A DNA stretch of 64,000 nt from a bacterium (lineage in GTDB: Bacteria; Patescibacteriota; Dojkabacteria; GCA-016699595): positions 203,647 to 267,646 of the forward strand of contig CP064982.1 of the NCBI GenBank assembly GCA_016699595.1. Reading direction: 5' to 3'. The position numbers and the translations under genes are program-made. Below, one piece after another: positions 40,541-50,358 of the stretch; position 1 is the first letter of the stretch, and each line of letters opens with the position of its first letter. The notes beneath the pieces are model-generated. The model saw only the letters and a list, made by a program, of their open reading frames with translations. It was not told where the DNA came from and ran no database searches.

Positions 40541-40700
40541 GCACGAATAGTATTTGGCGAGTATCTCTTTACCTTCAATATTTCGATGAACTTCGTGATT
40601 AGTGATTCTGACAGATTTATAATTAATACACTATAAATAGCAAAAATATTAGTGTATAATGTAGCAAAGTTCGTATAACCTAGTGTTGTCCGAAATTCTC
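40528..40700 (-). pseudogene. remnant of a tyrosine integrase gene: 5' ~90 bp of coding sequence plus upstream region, about 90% identical to 33494-33690, with the start codon mutated
   Basis: AAGCACGAATAGTATTTGGCGAGTATCTCTTTACCTTCAATATTTCGATGAACTTCGTGATTAGTGA and the promoter-region block TAGCAAAAATATTAGTGTATAAT...AGTTCGTATAACCTAGTGTT are duplicated. The CAT (ATG) at the start position is now TAT. Confidence 0.7.
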
Positions 40701-40779
40701 TTTTGTGAAATAGTTTTAATAAGGAAAATTTTTTGGAACTTTTTATTTTTAATTTAATAATTTTTTAACAAATACTACT

Positions 40780-41388
40780 ATGGAAAACTCCAACGAACAG
40801 TCGCAAGGACAGACCATAAAGTGTCCTTCGTGCAAAGAAGCTATTCAGCTTGGCGCAAAGAAATGCAAACATTGTGGCGCAGATTTGAGAAATTGGTTTG
40901 TTAGGCACAAAGTCATAACTGGTATACTGATTATTATTGGAATTGGAATTATTGGAAGCGCTATGGGTGGCAATGAAACAAAAAATACTTCTGACAGCTC
41001 GTCCACCACTAACAATGTACAAGAGGCTAAGTCTACTGCAGATGTAAAAGCTGAAGCAGACACTAAAGTAGCAGAAAGCGTGCCAGCTGAATATAAATCT
41101 GCTTTGAGCCAAGCAGAAACTTATGCCAACACAATGCACTTGTCAAAGCAGGGCGTCTACGATCAGCTTGTTTCAGAGTATGGTGGAAAGTTTCCAAAAG
41201 AAGCCGCACAATATGCAATTGATAATGTAAAAGCTGATTGGAACGCAAATGCGCTTTCTCAAGCAAAAACTTACCGAGATACTATGCACTTATCGACAGC
41301 AGCAGTTCGTGACCAGCTCATTTCAGAATATGGAGCAAAGTTTACAAAAGTAGAGGCAGACTATGCCATTCAGCATCTCAATGATTAG
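40780..41388 (+). CDS. Ltp-like protein: N-terminal zinc ribbon (CPSC...CKHC), TM helix, and two tandem host-cell-surface-exposed-lipoprotein (HcsEL) type repeats
   Basis: The repeats ALSQAETYANTMHLSKQGVYDQLVSEYGGKFPKEAAQYAIDN and ALSQAKTYRDTMHLSTAAVRDQLISEYGAKFTKVEADYAIQH resemble the phage TP-J34 Ltp superinfection-exclusion repeat family. GC is about 40%. Confidence 0.55.
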   Translation: MENSNEQSQGQTIKCPSCKEAIQLGAKKCKHCGADLRNWFVRHKVITGILIIIGIGIIGSAMGGNETKNTSDSSSTTNNVQEAKSTADVKAEADTKVAESVPAEYKSALSQAETYANTMHLSKQGVYDQLVSEYGGKFPKEAAQYAIDNVKADWNANALSQAKTYRDTMHLSTAAVRDQLISEYGAKFTKVEADYAIQHLND

Positions 41389-41529
41389 TGTGTCTATTGT
41401 TTTTCCATGGAGTTAAAAAATGCGAATTGAGATAAAAAGTGCCAAAAAATTATCTTTTATAATTTCACAAAAGAGAACTCAAGGGGACGTTGCGCTTTTG
41501 ATTTCTCTTTTTAGATTTTAAAGCTAAGG

Positions 41530-41680
41530 AAAGAAATCAAACCCTCGGACAACACCGAATAAACGGAAAATGCCTCGGCTCGGCATTTTCGCAAATTCGT
41601 TTTCACTAAGTTTCAAACGAACTTCGTTTATTCGGAAACGTTGTCCGACATATTTTTCTGAAAATTTTTACAAGAAAGTT
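41530..41680. other. structured inverted-repeat region between convergent genes (nested hairpins; possible bidirectional terminator or small RNA)
   Basis: Outer arms CGGACAAC..GAATAAACG / CGTTTATTCGGAAACGTTGTCCG. Inner 9-bp hairpin GAAAATGCC/GGCATTTTC and a second hairpin TTCGTTT/AAACGAA. Confidence 0.4.
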
Positions 41681-41718
41681 GTTGAAGAATTAAAATAACG
41701 AAACAAATTTTTATTATT

Positions 41719-43296
41719 TTACAACGGCAACATTTTAAACTGCTTGACCCTTTCCTTACACTTCTCCTCCCCAATCAACCACATAGTCTCAGGAAAAGGT
41801 GGTGAAAATTGTTTTCCCCAAAGAATTACTCGAAGTAACATAAATATATCTTGCGCTTTGTCTCCATTTTCTTCTGCGACTTTTTTTACTTTCGCAACCC
41901 AATCTTCTTTACTCAAACTAAAATCCAAAATATCTTTTTCTATAATTTGCAAATATTTCTCAAACCAAGCTTTATCTTTATTTTCTAAACCTTTTATTTC
42001 TTTCAAATTTAGCTTAGTATAATCTGGATTAGTTTCAAATAGTTTTAACTCTTCTACAAAATCTTGAAGTAAAGTAGTTCTTTCTTGTAATAATTTAAGC
42101 TTTTCATCAAAAATTTTAATGTCTCGATTTTGCGAGACTGAAGGGGTGAAAAGATCTATATTCTCAGGTTCAAATTTTGTGACGTAATTTTTGATCTCAC
42201 TTTTAAGTTCTTCAATTGTCAATTTTCGAATATAAACTCCTTGAAACCAATCAATTTTCTTTTGATCAAATGTAGGATTTGCTTTTTGAATTCCATCTAC
42301 ATCAAATTGCTTGACAAACTCTTCTAAATTAAATATTTCAGGATAAACATCAACTCCAGCTTCATTCTTTATAGCTTTAGGTGCCCAACCTAGCAACATT
42401 AGATAATTTAACAATGCTTCTTTCAAATAACCACTTTTCAACCATGGCATAACTCCAAACATTCCTTCTAAATCACGTTTGCTAAATTTCTTGCCAGTTC
42501 TTGGATCCATTATAACTGGAAAATGCCAAAAGTTTGGTCTTGTTAGGTTTAAGCTGTCATAAAGAAACAAATGAATAGGAGTAGTTGAGAGCCATTCAAA
42601 ACCACGCATCACATCAGTAACTTGCATATCACTATCATCAACCACAACAGCAAGATGATAAGTCGGAAACCCATCTGACTTGAGTAAAACTAAATCTTGA
42701 ATTTCTTTGAAATCAAATTCAACTTTCTTTTTCAAAATCACATCTTCCCAACTAACTTTTCCAGAGTAGGGAATCATTGGACGAATTACAAAAGATTCAC
42801 CATTTTTAATTTTCTCATCACAAAGTTTGAGATATTCCTGCCAATTATTTTCAGATTTAAATTTATCTGCAAATTTTCTTGCTTGAGGTTTTTCTTTTAG
42901 TTTCATAAATTCCTCAGCAACTTCTTCATTATCTTCTTTTTTAATCGCATGAGAATAGCTAGATTTTATTTCTTCTTTAGTTCTTTTCTCAGAATCAAAG
43001 TCATAGTATGCAGCTCCAATTTCAGCTAACTTTCTTGCAACTTCCTGATACCTTGCAATTCTATCTGACTGACGAAACAATTCATCATACTTAATTCCGA
43101 AATCACTCAAAATATCTATAATTGCAGTTTCTGTATCTTTTCTTGAACGAACCTGATCAGTATCTTCAATTCTCAATATAAATTTACCATTGTTTTTCTT
43201 TGCCCAAGCATAACTCCATAAAGCTCGGATGACAAATCCTAAGTGGACTGATTCAGGAGTTCCAGTAGGTGATGGTGCGAAACGAGTGATTGTCAT
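41719..43296 (-). CDS. gltX: glutamyl-tRNA synthetase
   Basis: RFAPSPTG...LHLG, ILRIEDTDQVRS, KFSKRDL (KMSKS). 525 aa. Confidence 0.85.
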   Translation of the reverse strand: MTITRFAPSPTGTPESVHLGFVIRALWSYAWAKKNNGKFILRIEDTDQVRSRKDTETAIIDILSDFGIKYDELFRQSDRIARYQEVARKLAEIGAAYYDFDSEKRTKEEIKSSYSHAIKKEDNEEVAEEFMKLKEKPQARKFADKFKSENNWQEYLKLCDEKIKNGESFVIRPMIPYSGKVSWEDVILKKKVEFDFKEIQDLVLLKSDGFPTYHLAVVVDDSDMQVTDVMRGFEWLSTTPIHLFLYDSLNLTRPNFWHFPVIMDPRTGKKFSKRDLEGMFGVMPWLKSGYLKEALLNYLMLLGWAPKAIKNEAGVDVYPEIFNLEEFVKQFDVDGIQKANPTFDQKKIDWFQGVYIRKLTIEELKSEIKNYVTKFEPENIDLFTPSVSQNRDIKIFDEKLKLLQERTTLLQDFVEELKLFETNPDYTKLNLKEIKGLENKDKAWFEKYLQIIEKDILDFSLSKEDWVAKVKKVAEENGDKAQDIFMLLRVILWGKQFSPPFPETMWLIGEEKCKERVKQFKMLPL

Positions 43297-43351
43297 AAAA
43301 GTTAGAATAATAGTTGTAACATAAATGATTTAAACGATTATAACATCAAAT

Positions 43352-43381
43352 AAAAAAGCTCACCATATTTAGATGAGCTTC
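43352..43381 (-). terminator. rho-independent terminator after clpP
   Basis: Minus strand AGCTCATCTAAATATGGTGAGCT hairpin followed by TTTTTT. Confidence 0.55.
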
Positions 43382-43410
43382 TAAGTGTTTTATATTAAAC
43401 AAATTGCTTG

Positions 43411-43998
43411 TTATTTAATTTCCACTATCTTATCAACAATTCCATACTTCACAGCTTCTTCTGCATTCATCCAAAAATCACGATCAATATCTTGAGAAAT
43501 TTTTTCCGCCTTTTGACCGGTTTGTTTTACATAAAAATCAACTAACTTTTTCTTGGTTTGAATTATATGCTTAGCTGCGATTTCTATGTCGCTTGCTTGT
43601 CCTTCTGCACCACCAATGGGTTGATGTATCATAACTTCTGCATTTGGTAACATGTGTCTTTTGCCTTTTTTCCCAGCAGTTAGTATAACTGAACCCATGC
43701 TTGCACACATTCCCATTCCTACTGTAGCAACATCACATTTGACCAAATTCATAGCATCAATAATTGCAAGGCCAGAATGTATATGACCACCTGGTGAATT
43801 TACATACATAAAAATATCTTTGTTTGGTGCTTCTTTTTCTAGAAAAAGTAATTGAGCTATTATAGAATTCGCCATAGTATCTTCAATTTCGCCACCTACA
43901 AACACGATTCTATCTTTGAGAAGTCTTGAATAAATATCATAAACTCGCTCGCCTTCTCGTGATTTTTCAATTACATTTGGTATGAGTACTGTTGACAT
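43411..43998 (-). CDS. clpP: ATP-dependent Clp protease proteolytic subunit
   Basis: Ser-His-Asp context [19 protein letters not shown]. 195 aa. Preceded by a ~470-nt upstream non-coding region. Confidence 0.92.
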   Translation of the reverse strand: MSTVLIPNVIEKSREGERVYDIYSRLLKDRIVFVGGEIEDTMANSIIAQLLFLEKEAPNKDIFMYVNSPGGHIHSGLAIIDAMNLVKCDVATVGMGMCASMGSVILTAGKKGKRHMLPNAEVMIHQPIGGAEGQASDIEIAAKHIIQTKKKLVDFYVKQTGQKAEKISQDIDRDFWMNAEEAVKYGIVDKIVEIK

Positions 43999-44471
43999 AT
44001 TTTAGAATTTAATATAAATTATTGAATATTTGATGCTATAAAAAGCTTTGAACAAAGCATCGTTCAAAATTATAACCGACGCTTTAGCAAAATGCAAGGT
44101 TGATTGCTAAAAAACTTTCGTTAAGTTTGAGCTTTATATAATTAGATGGTCCTTTGGGATCATTAAATATATAAATAAGGTCATAATGTCCTATAAGTTT
44201 GGTAATGAGCAATATAGCATATCATTTTGAAGAAATCGCTTGTAGCATCTCTAATATGTTCAGAAAGGAATAATTACAAAGAAAAATGAAAAGAAAATAT
44301 CATAGTTATAATAAATATCCGTATAGTGGTATGATAGCAGTACATTTGCTAACAAAACTGCAATAACAATACTATCTTACTTATCTGCTATTTAAGAAGT
44401 CACAAAAACCGAAATCACTGTGCTTGTCAATATGACATTCTGATACTCCCAAACCTTAATGAAAAATGTCG

Positions 44472-44792
44472 TTAAGCTATTGTTTCAGTTGATGACGGAT
44501 TTATGATAACTGGATGATCTTTTCTAATTATTAAGTAAACTATGAATCCAAAAATATTTCCTACCAAAACAGCTATTAGCCAAAGTGTAGCATTTTCTGG
44601 CATACGCTTTTTCGCGTCTCTATATACCCACAAGCAAACTACAATTTGAAAAATTAGCATAGCGATTATAAATATACAATAAGCAGCAAAAAAGAGTATC
44701 CCAACAGTATCTTCAGTATTTAAAGTTCGTGCTGAGACAACCGGAATGAAAAGTGTAAGTATTATTGTTGAAAGAGTAAGTATTTTTTTCAT
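44472..44792 (-). CDS. small membrane protein (3 TM helices), unknown
   Basis: ATG at MKKILTL. The tandem 33-bp repeats lie in its upstream region. Confidence 0.45.
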   Translation of the reverse strand: MKKILTLSTIILTLFIPVVSARTLNTEDTVGILFFAAYCIFIIAMLIFQIVVCLWVYRDAKKRMPENATLWLIAVLVGNIFGFIVYLIIRKDHPVIINPSSTETIA

Positions 44793-44983
44793 ATTATTAT
44801 TTCTCCACACTTAAAAAAACATGGAGTAATTTTTATAAAAGTTCATAAAATATTGTCTACAAGTCGAAAATTTCTTAGAAAATGACTTTGGTTTAGCTAA
44901 AAGCAGACGGAACAATAAAACCTATGTTTCTTAGAAAATGGAAAAATTTATCTGTTGATTGAATAGTTTCAGATAGGTGTTTA

Positions 44984-45080
44984 GTTGCCACCTGTTATTC
45001 CTGCAAATAACCTGTAATTACCACCTGTTATTCCTGCAAATAACCTGTAGCCACCACCAACTATTCCTGCGAAAATATTA
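44984..45080. repeat. tandem direct repeats, period 33 bp, about 2.7 copies; each unit contains the palindrome TTATT-CCTGCA-AATAA
   Basis: CCACCTGTTATTCCTGCAAATAACCTGTA(ATTA/GCCA) appears twice, followed by a diverged third copy CCACCAACTATTCCTGCGAAAATATTA. Confidence 0.65.
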
Positions 45081-45177
45081 TACATATTTGTATAGTCTCT
45101 AAAGATATCTCTACCTTTAGACAAGTTATGAGTTTAATTACTTATACTACAATTTTTGTAAAATATCAAGAGAAATT

Positions 45178-45843
45178 TTAACCAATTTTATAACCAAATC
45201 CTCTACTAGATGTAATGATTTCGATTTTGTCTTTTTTTCTTTCAACCTTCCTTTTTAAGTTCTTTATATGTACAGCAACAGAATTACTTGCAATATCTGC
45301 ACTGATATCCCAAATATTATCTATCAGTTCTTGCTGATTGAAGTACTTGCCTTTGTGTCTGAGAAGTAATTCTAAGATTTTGTACTCTTTGCTGGTTAGT
45401 TCAATTTCATCATTATCAAGTTTTACAATTTTATTGACCGGATCAAGAGTCAAGCCTTGATGAGACAAAATAGTCTCACCACTTGTACTTCTTCTAAGTA
45501 AAGCACGAATACGAGATTTTAGTTCCTCAATTTTGAATGGTTTCACTAAATAATCATCAAAGCCACTGTCAAGATTTTCTGTTACTGTCTCAAGATCACT
45601 CAATGCAGTTAAAGCCAATATAGGAACCTTTTTGTTCTTTTCTCTTATTTTCCTCATAACTTCACTGCCTGTAAGCCCTGGCATCATTAAGTCTAAAATC
45701 ACCAAGTTATAATCATTTTGCCAAAATAACTTGTATGCCTTTTCTCCATCCATACAAGCATCGACTGTATAACCTTCTTTTTGAAGTGCTTCTTCAACCA
45801 ACATATTTATTTTGACTTCATCTTCTGCATAAAGTATTTTCAT
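45178..45843 (-). CDS. OmpR/PhoB-family two-component response regulator with no adjacent sensor kinase
   Basis: Receiver domain (ILYAEDE, phospho-acceptor D in LVILDLMMPG, K in YLVKPF) and a winged-helix output (ELTSKEYKILELLLRHKGKYF...RGFGYKI). Confidence 0.85.
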   Translation of the reverse strand: MKILYAEDEVKINMLVEEALQKEGYTVDACMDGEKAYKLFWQNDYNLVILDLMMPGLTGSEVMRKIREKNKKVPILALTALSDLETVTENLDSGFDDYLVKPFKIEELKSRIRALLRRSTSGETILSHQGLTLDPVNKIVKLDNDEIELTSKEYKILELLLRHKGKYFNQQELIDNIWDISADIASNSVAVHIKNLKRKVERKKDKIEIITSSRGFGYKIG

Positions 45844-45976
45844 AGTTTTGAAATAATTAATACTGTCATAATTTTGCAAATTAAATAGACAGAGTTAAAA
45901 AGATTTTATTAAATATCAGTGAAATTTTAGAAACTATTTATGAAGATTCAATGAAGAAAGTGTATTTGAAGCATGA

Positions 45977-46057
45977 ATACCGAGGACAGGACTTGAACCT
46001 GCATGCCTTTCGGCGCTTGCTCCTAAGGCAAGTGCGTCTACCATTTCGCCACCTCGG
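45977..46057 (-). tRNA. tRNA-Leu (anticodon UAG) with a long variable arm
   Basis: Minus strand: GCCGAGG-TG-GCGAAATGGTAGACGC-A-CTTGC CTTAGGA GCAAG-C-GCCGAAAGGCATGC-AGGTTCAAGTCCTGTCCTCGGTA. Cloverleaf with a 7-nt anticodon loop CU-UAG-GA. Local GC is elevated. Confidence 0.8.
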
Positions 46058-46107
46058 CAATATATACAATAATATACACTACTTAACATTTGATCGTGTA
46101 GATGAAT

Positions 46108-46860
46108 TCAATTTGAAAATATCTTCAATCTTCTAAAACCAGAATCTTCCTTGTTTGTCTCGTACTCTTCTTTTATCCAGTTTTTTCCATTTTTATCTAC
46201 ATCAACCCACTCCTGATCTGACAAATCTTCTGAACCTAGATTTGTTATTCGTATTTTACTATATCTAACACCATTTTCATCAAGATAAAATTTTGATGAA
46301 TGAATGTAAGTGATTTCATTGTTTTCAACTTTGGTAACTAGTGCTATATGAAATCCACCAGGAATAATTGAATGCAATCTTATCATATCAAGCGGTTGGA
46401 CTTCATCTAGTCTAATTTTTACGCTGTTTGATTCATTTGTCAAAGTATTGGCTGAGATAAATTCAACTTCCTTTAGAAGTCTTGAGAATTTGGCTCGAAC
46501 ATCATTATTTTGAAATTTCAAAATGTGTTTCAAACTCTTCATGCCTCTGCTCTTAAGTTCGGTGTTCAATATATGTGCGACAAATCCAGAACAATCAACA
46601 CCAATTCCAAACTTTTGCATAAATTCTCGAATTTGTGATTCACTAGAATTATTTAGATCAAACTTCATAATTTGAGCCCATATTTTTACTTCATCTTCGA
46701 TTTCGTTTGGATTTCCCTTTCCAACTAAAGTTCGCAAATCCATTTTTGTGTGTTTTGAATTAATGTAGTATGGACATCTAACTTTTTTATTCCCTAAATT
46801 AAGATTGATATAACCATCTATTACCTTTTCTGTGTTTTTTGACAATGATGAAATTTTCAT
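46108..46860 (-). CDS. NlpC/P60-CHAP-like papain-fold cysteine hydrolase domain protein
   Basis: GVDCSGFVAHIL (catalytic Cys context) and a downstream His in GGFHIALV. Confidence 0.5.
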   Translation of the reverse strand: MKISSLSKNTEKVIDGYINLNLGNKKVRCPYYINSKHTKMDLRTLVGKGNPNEIEDEVKIWAQIMKFDLNNSSESQIREFMQKFGIGVDCSGFVAHILNTELKSRGMKSLKHILKFQNNDVRAKFSRLLKEVEFISANTLTNESNSVKIRLDEVQPLDMIRLHSIIPGGFHIALVTKVENNEITYIHSSKFYLDENGVRYSKIRITNLGSEDLSDQEWVDVDKNGKNWIKEEYETNKEDSGFRRLKIFSN

Positions 46861-46862
46861 TT

Positions 46863-48200
46863 TTAGTTTATTAGCTCCAATTTATTTGCAATATAATCAA
46901 ACAAATTATTTCGAATGTCCCCGTTTTCATTTAGTGGATTTTCAGAAAAACTTTGCATTCGAAATATCTCCTGTTCTTCTTTTATAATGTGATTATCGTT
47001 TCTTTTGTGAATTTTGAATTTATCAAATTCTTTGTCTAACTTCAAATCAGAATAATTTATACTTCTACCTAAATAATTTCTGATTATAATTTGTCCAGCT
47101 TCAAAATTTGAAAAGTTTATATTGTTATAATTATCAACATCTCCAGAAGTATTGATATTGAAAAAACTAGCAAGATTTAGTTCCGACAAAGTTGGACTTA
47201 TATTATTTCTAAATTGCAACTCATTGAAAAATCCAACATTTGCTGTTTGTCTTGCATTTATTTCAATAATTTTAATTAAACCTGCCCCTTCATTATCATT
47301 CAGTATATTCATAGGAGGAAGGATCATGAGGTCAATTCCAAAAAATCCTTTGTAACCTTTCGTAGACATGAAATCTCCTAATTTCTGAATTAAACTTATT
47401 ATATTACTTTTAGTTTCACTATTTAAAAAACTTAAATCATAACTATTTCCTAAAGTAACTCCGGGATGCGGTGCGATTTTATTGGTATTATCTTGAATTT
47501 GACGATTTAAACCTCCAACATATGTTCCATTCCGAGTCACAATGCCATTCGCATTAACTGGGATGCCTTCTAAAAATTCAGTAACCTTCACCTCGGCATG
47601 AAATAGTTTCTCCTTAATTTCTTCCAAATCATGATTTGACTTTATTATCCAAGTGCCATCACCAGTATGGCCACGATTTAGTTGAACAACGATATGTTTA
47701 GAATTTTCATAACTAACTTGAGAAATGTCAGTCAAGTAAGTATTCGGAATGAAATCATCTAAGTTTGCATTTGTCAAAACATCTGTCAAATTAAACTTAT
47801 CCTCAAAGTATTGGCTAAGTTTTGCAGAATTATTCAATAATCTCAAATTTAGATCTTTGCATCTGTTTTCAATTTGAGGTGAAACTTTGAAGACTTGAAT
47901 GTATTTTTCTCCGTCAAAACTATCTATAAAGTCCATTGAATCAGAATTGTTCAAAAGTTCATTTGTGCTTCTGTAAATTGAATTATAATTCTTTGTAAAC
48001 TTTTCTAAGCAAAAATGTTGACCTGGATATTCTAAATCAAGTTTCTCAAAAACATCTGTATGATCGATACAAACAATATGAAAATTATCACTAATGAAGT
48101 TCAAACCCAAACCTCGTTCAGGGTCATTGCAAAGATAAAAAACATGATAATTATTTTGTTTTATGAAAGTGTCAATATTCAAAACTAAAGTTTTATTCAA
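46863..48200 (-). CDS. ATP-grasp fold ligase
   Basis: HIVVQLNRGHTGDGTWII and the C-terminal GFFGIDLMI...IIEINARQT (ATP-grasp E-x-N motif). TTG start two codons after the upstream stop. Confidence 0.55.
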   Translation of the reverse strand: MNKTLVLNIDTFIKQNNYHVFYLCNDPERGLGLNFISDNFHIVCIDHTDVFEKLDLEYPGQHFCLEKFTKNYNSIYRSTNELLNNSDSMDFIDSFDGEKYIQVFKVSPQIENRCKDLNLRLLNNSAKLSQYFEDKFNLTDVLTNANLDDFIPNTYLTDISQVSYENSKHIVVQLNRGHTGDGTWIIKSNHDLEEIKEKLFHAEVKVTEFLEGIPVNANGIVTRNGTYVGGLNRQIQDNTNKIAPHPGVTLGNSYDLSFLNSETKSNIISLIQKLGDFMSTKGYKGFFGIDLMILPPMNILNDNEGAGLIKIIEINARQTANVGFFNELQFRNNISPTLSELNLASFFNINTSGDVDNYNNINFSNFEAGQIIIRNYLGRSINYSDLKLDKEFDKFKIHKRNDNHIIKEEQEIFRMQSFSENPLNENGDIRNNLFDYIANKLELIN

Positions 48201-48206
48201 TCCAAT

Positions 48207-49223
48207 TTATATGCCTGAAATTATAATCAAAGGGTTTTTGAAATCCCATCCCTTTTCTTTTGCTCTCATAGTACCAGCAAAACTAGAAAGTGCATTCCAA
48301 GTGAGATCATTCAAAATATTGGCCTTATCTTCCAAGATCAAGTGCTGTGACAGTCTATCTAATGAAGCTTTGGATTTCTCAAGGTCTTCATTATCAACAA
48401 TCCAGGCAGTTCCAGAGGTTTCTAATACAAGTTTCGTGACAATATCTTTTCTCTTGGCTACTTTGTCAACAACACAAGTTACAAGACTTCCTTCTTCATC
48501 TATACCCAATTCTTTGTTTGTGAGATCGATTATATTTGACGCAATAGGTCTGCAAACAGGAGTTTGGATAATGTGAAATTGAGGCAATAAATGCCCCTCA
48601 AGATCAAGCTTTTCCTTCATTCCTTCATATATTCCCAATGTAGCAGTACCTGAACTGCAGGTAATAAAAATGCTGTCAAAATCTAAATTTTGTTCAAATA
48701 TATCATAAGCCAAACTTTTGTAACCTTCAATTGCAATGTCATCTTCTGAAGCTCGAAGATTCAAAACTTGATTTTCATTGCAAAACTTTACACAATCAGA
48801 TTTCGCTTTCGAACTTTGATGAATTTGTATAAACTCAGATTTGAAATTATTTAACTTTTCAAGTTTCCCAATATTCAACTTATCTGAAACAAAAATATCT
48901 AACTTAATATTATACTTTTTGCAGATATTTGCAGCAGCAATTGCAGCATTTCCAGAACTTGAAATTGCAAAGTGCAAATTATCTTTACTTCCAAATTGCT
49001 GAAAATAATATGAAATTTGATAAAGTAGAGATCGATCTTTAAAAGAATTTGTAGGATTTATAGTTTCGTTCCAAAATACCAAATTATCCAATTCAAAATC
49101 AATTTCTTTCAAAGTTTCAGCATTAAGATTAGTTACAAAATTAGTATTTGTTTCATCAAGCTCTAATTGAAACTCTTTCTCAATTTGGTATTTATAATTA
49201 TTTTGATATTTCCAAATGTTCAT
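48207..49223 (-). CDS. fold-type II PLP-dependent enzyme, threonine synthase-like
   Basis: INPTNSFKDRS (PLP-lysine motif NPTxSFKDR) and SSGNAAIAAA (SxGN[AH]). Confidence 0.6.
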   Translation of the reverse strand: MNIWKYQNNYKYQIEKEFQLELDETNTNFVTNLNAETLKEIDFELDNLVFWNETINPTNSFKDRSLLYQISYYFQQFGSKDNLHFAISSSGNAAIAAANICKKYNIKLDIFVSDKLNIGKLEKLNNFKSEFIQIHQSSKAKSDCVKFCNENQVLNLRASEDDIAIEGYKSLAYDIFEQNLDFDSIFITCSSGTATLGIYEGMKEKLDLEGHLLPQFHIIQTPVCRPIASNIIDLTNKELGIDEEGSLVTCVVDKVAKRKDIVTKLVLETSGTAWIVDNEDLEKSKASLDRLSQHLILEDKANILNDLTWNALSSFAGTMRAKEKGWDFKNPLIIISGI

Positions 49224-49330
49224 AACTTTTTTTGAGAGGTTGAATTATATTTGCAATATTTCCATGTTCAATTACAAAATGACTAACACCTTTAACTGTG
49301 TTTTTAATGTTTATACTTTTTTCATAACCT

Positions 49331-49372
49331 TCCGTCTCGCTCATAGCTCGACACCTTCCTAAGAGGAAGGAT
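49331..49372. repeat. member of a dispersed family of short GC-rich hairpin elements (CCGTCYCGC... + CCTTCCTAAGAGGAAGG)
   Basis: Related copies are at 53291-53325, 53723-53762, 54172-54196 (CCCTCCCGTGAGGGAG), 57361-57410 (inside mnmA) and 9659-9682. Confidence 0.5.
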
Positions 49373-49380
49373 TGTAATTG

Positions 49381-50331
49381 CTATTTCGTACTTTCTACCC
49401 TAACCCAAGTTTTGGCAAATGATTTTTTGATGATTTTTCTCTCCCAAAATATTTTTATCCAAAGCCAAAGTCTAGTTGGATATAGTAGCAAACTCCAAAT
49501 AAATTCCTTCACATTTTTTGCATATTTGATTGGATAAGTTGCAAGCGCAATTTCTCCCCAAAAACTTCGAGACTTATTCGCACTGTTTATTATACCAAGT
49601 TCGTGAAGTTGGACATAACCTCCAAGCGATCTAACTTTTTGTTTATACCAATCTTTCATATTTTGAGGATACTTTATTTTGCAAAGTGCTTTTTCTTCAT
49701 ATCCTATTTCAAATCCAAGTTCCTTTATTTTATAACTCATCCAAGCGTCATCTGAAAGTACTTCTGAAGGTAATTCTAATTTGAAATTTCTCATCATGAA
49801 ATTGTAGCCTGAAACTGGGAAAAACTTATTACTTTCGCTTTTTCGAACTCTAACTTCATTTGCAGTGTCGGCAAGCAAATTTCCCCAATATCCAAATAAT
49901 GTATTTTTTTCATCAGCTGATATTGGATGACCTGTAACTGCACCAAGTTTATCATTAGATTTCAATTTATTGTGAAGATCAACTATAGCATTTTCGGATA
50001 AGTAAGTCAGATCACCATCAGTCAAAAATAAAAACTCACCTTTTGCGATTTTGAAGCATTGATTTAGTGCAGCAGGTTTTCCTTTTTTTTCGTCTTTGAT
50101 ATGGATGAAGTTATTTTCTAAACCTCCAGTCCTCCACTTTGTGGAATCTACTCTACTTGACAGCATTTTAATTTCATACATTGCTGCATTATATGTTTCA
50201 TCATCTGGACAAGCTAAGATTAGTTCAAAGTTATCTTGGAAATAGTTTAGAAAAGTAGGATTTAGTATGCAAGAGATCAAGTTTCCTATAGTTTTTTCTT
50301 CGCGCCAAGCAGTGATAATAATTGAAAGCAT
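49381..50331 (-). CDS. family 2 glycosyltransferase
   Basis: N-terminal GT-A fold with GKPAALNQ and DxD in LTDGDL. Confidence 0.7.
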   Translation of the reverse strand: MLSIIITAWREEKTIGNLISCILNPTFLNYFQDNFELILACPDDETYNAAMYEIKMLSSRVDSTKWRTGGLENNFIHIKDEKKGKPAALNQCFKIAKGEFLFLTDGDLTYLSENAIVDLHNKLKSNDKLGAVTGHPISADEKNTLFGYWGNLLADTANEVRVRKSESNKFFPVSGYNFMMRNFKLELPSEVLSDDAWMSYKIKELGFEIGYEEKALCKIKYPQNMKDWYKQKVRSLGGYVQLHELGIINSANKSRSFWGEIALATYPIKYAKNVKEFIWSLLLYPTRLWLWIKIFWERKIIKKSFAKTWVRVESTK

Positions 50332-50358
50332 ATCGAAATTATAGCAGAAAAGGAAAAT

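Noticed and set aside
40408-40602. 64-aa plus-strand ORF.
   Set aside because: It spans the R2b repeat and the antisense of the integrase remnant, so it is an artefact of repeated sequence.
44000-44470. Possible small RNA in the 470-bp gap upstream of clpP.
   Set aside because: Only weak local hairpins were seen. It is most simply a long AT-rich promoter/5' leader, and I could not support a specific ncRNA call.
44984-45080. CRISPR array.
   Set aside because: Only about 2.7 directly abutting 33-bp copies with no unique spacers, and no cas genes nearby. This is a tandem repeat, not CRISPR.
45977-46057. Island integrated at the 3' end of tRNA-Leu (toward 45976 and below).
   Set aside because: I could not find a direct repeat of the tRNA 3' end downstream, nor an integrase on that side. 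The adjacency of the response regulator and tandem repeats is suggestive only.
48163-48576. 137-aa plus-strand ORF.
   Set aside because: It is antisense to and overlaps the ATP-grasp and PLP enzyme genes.
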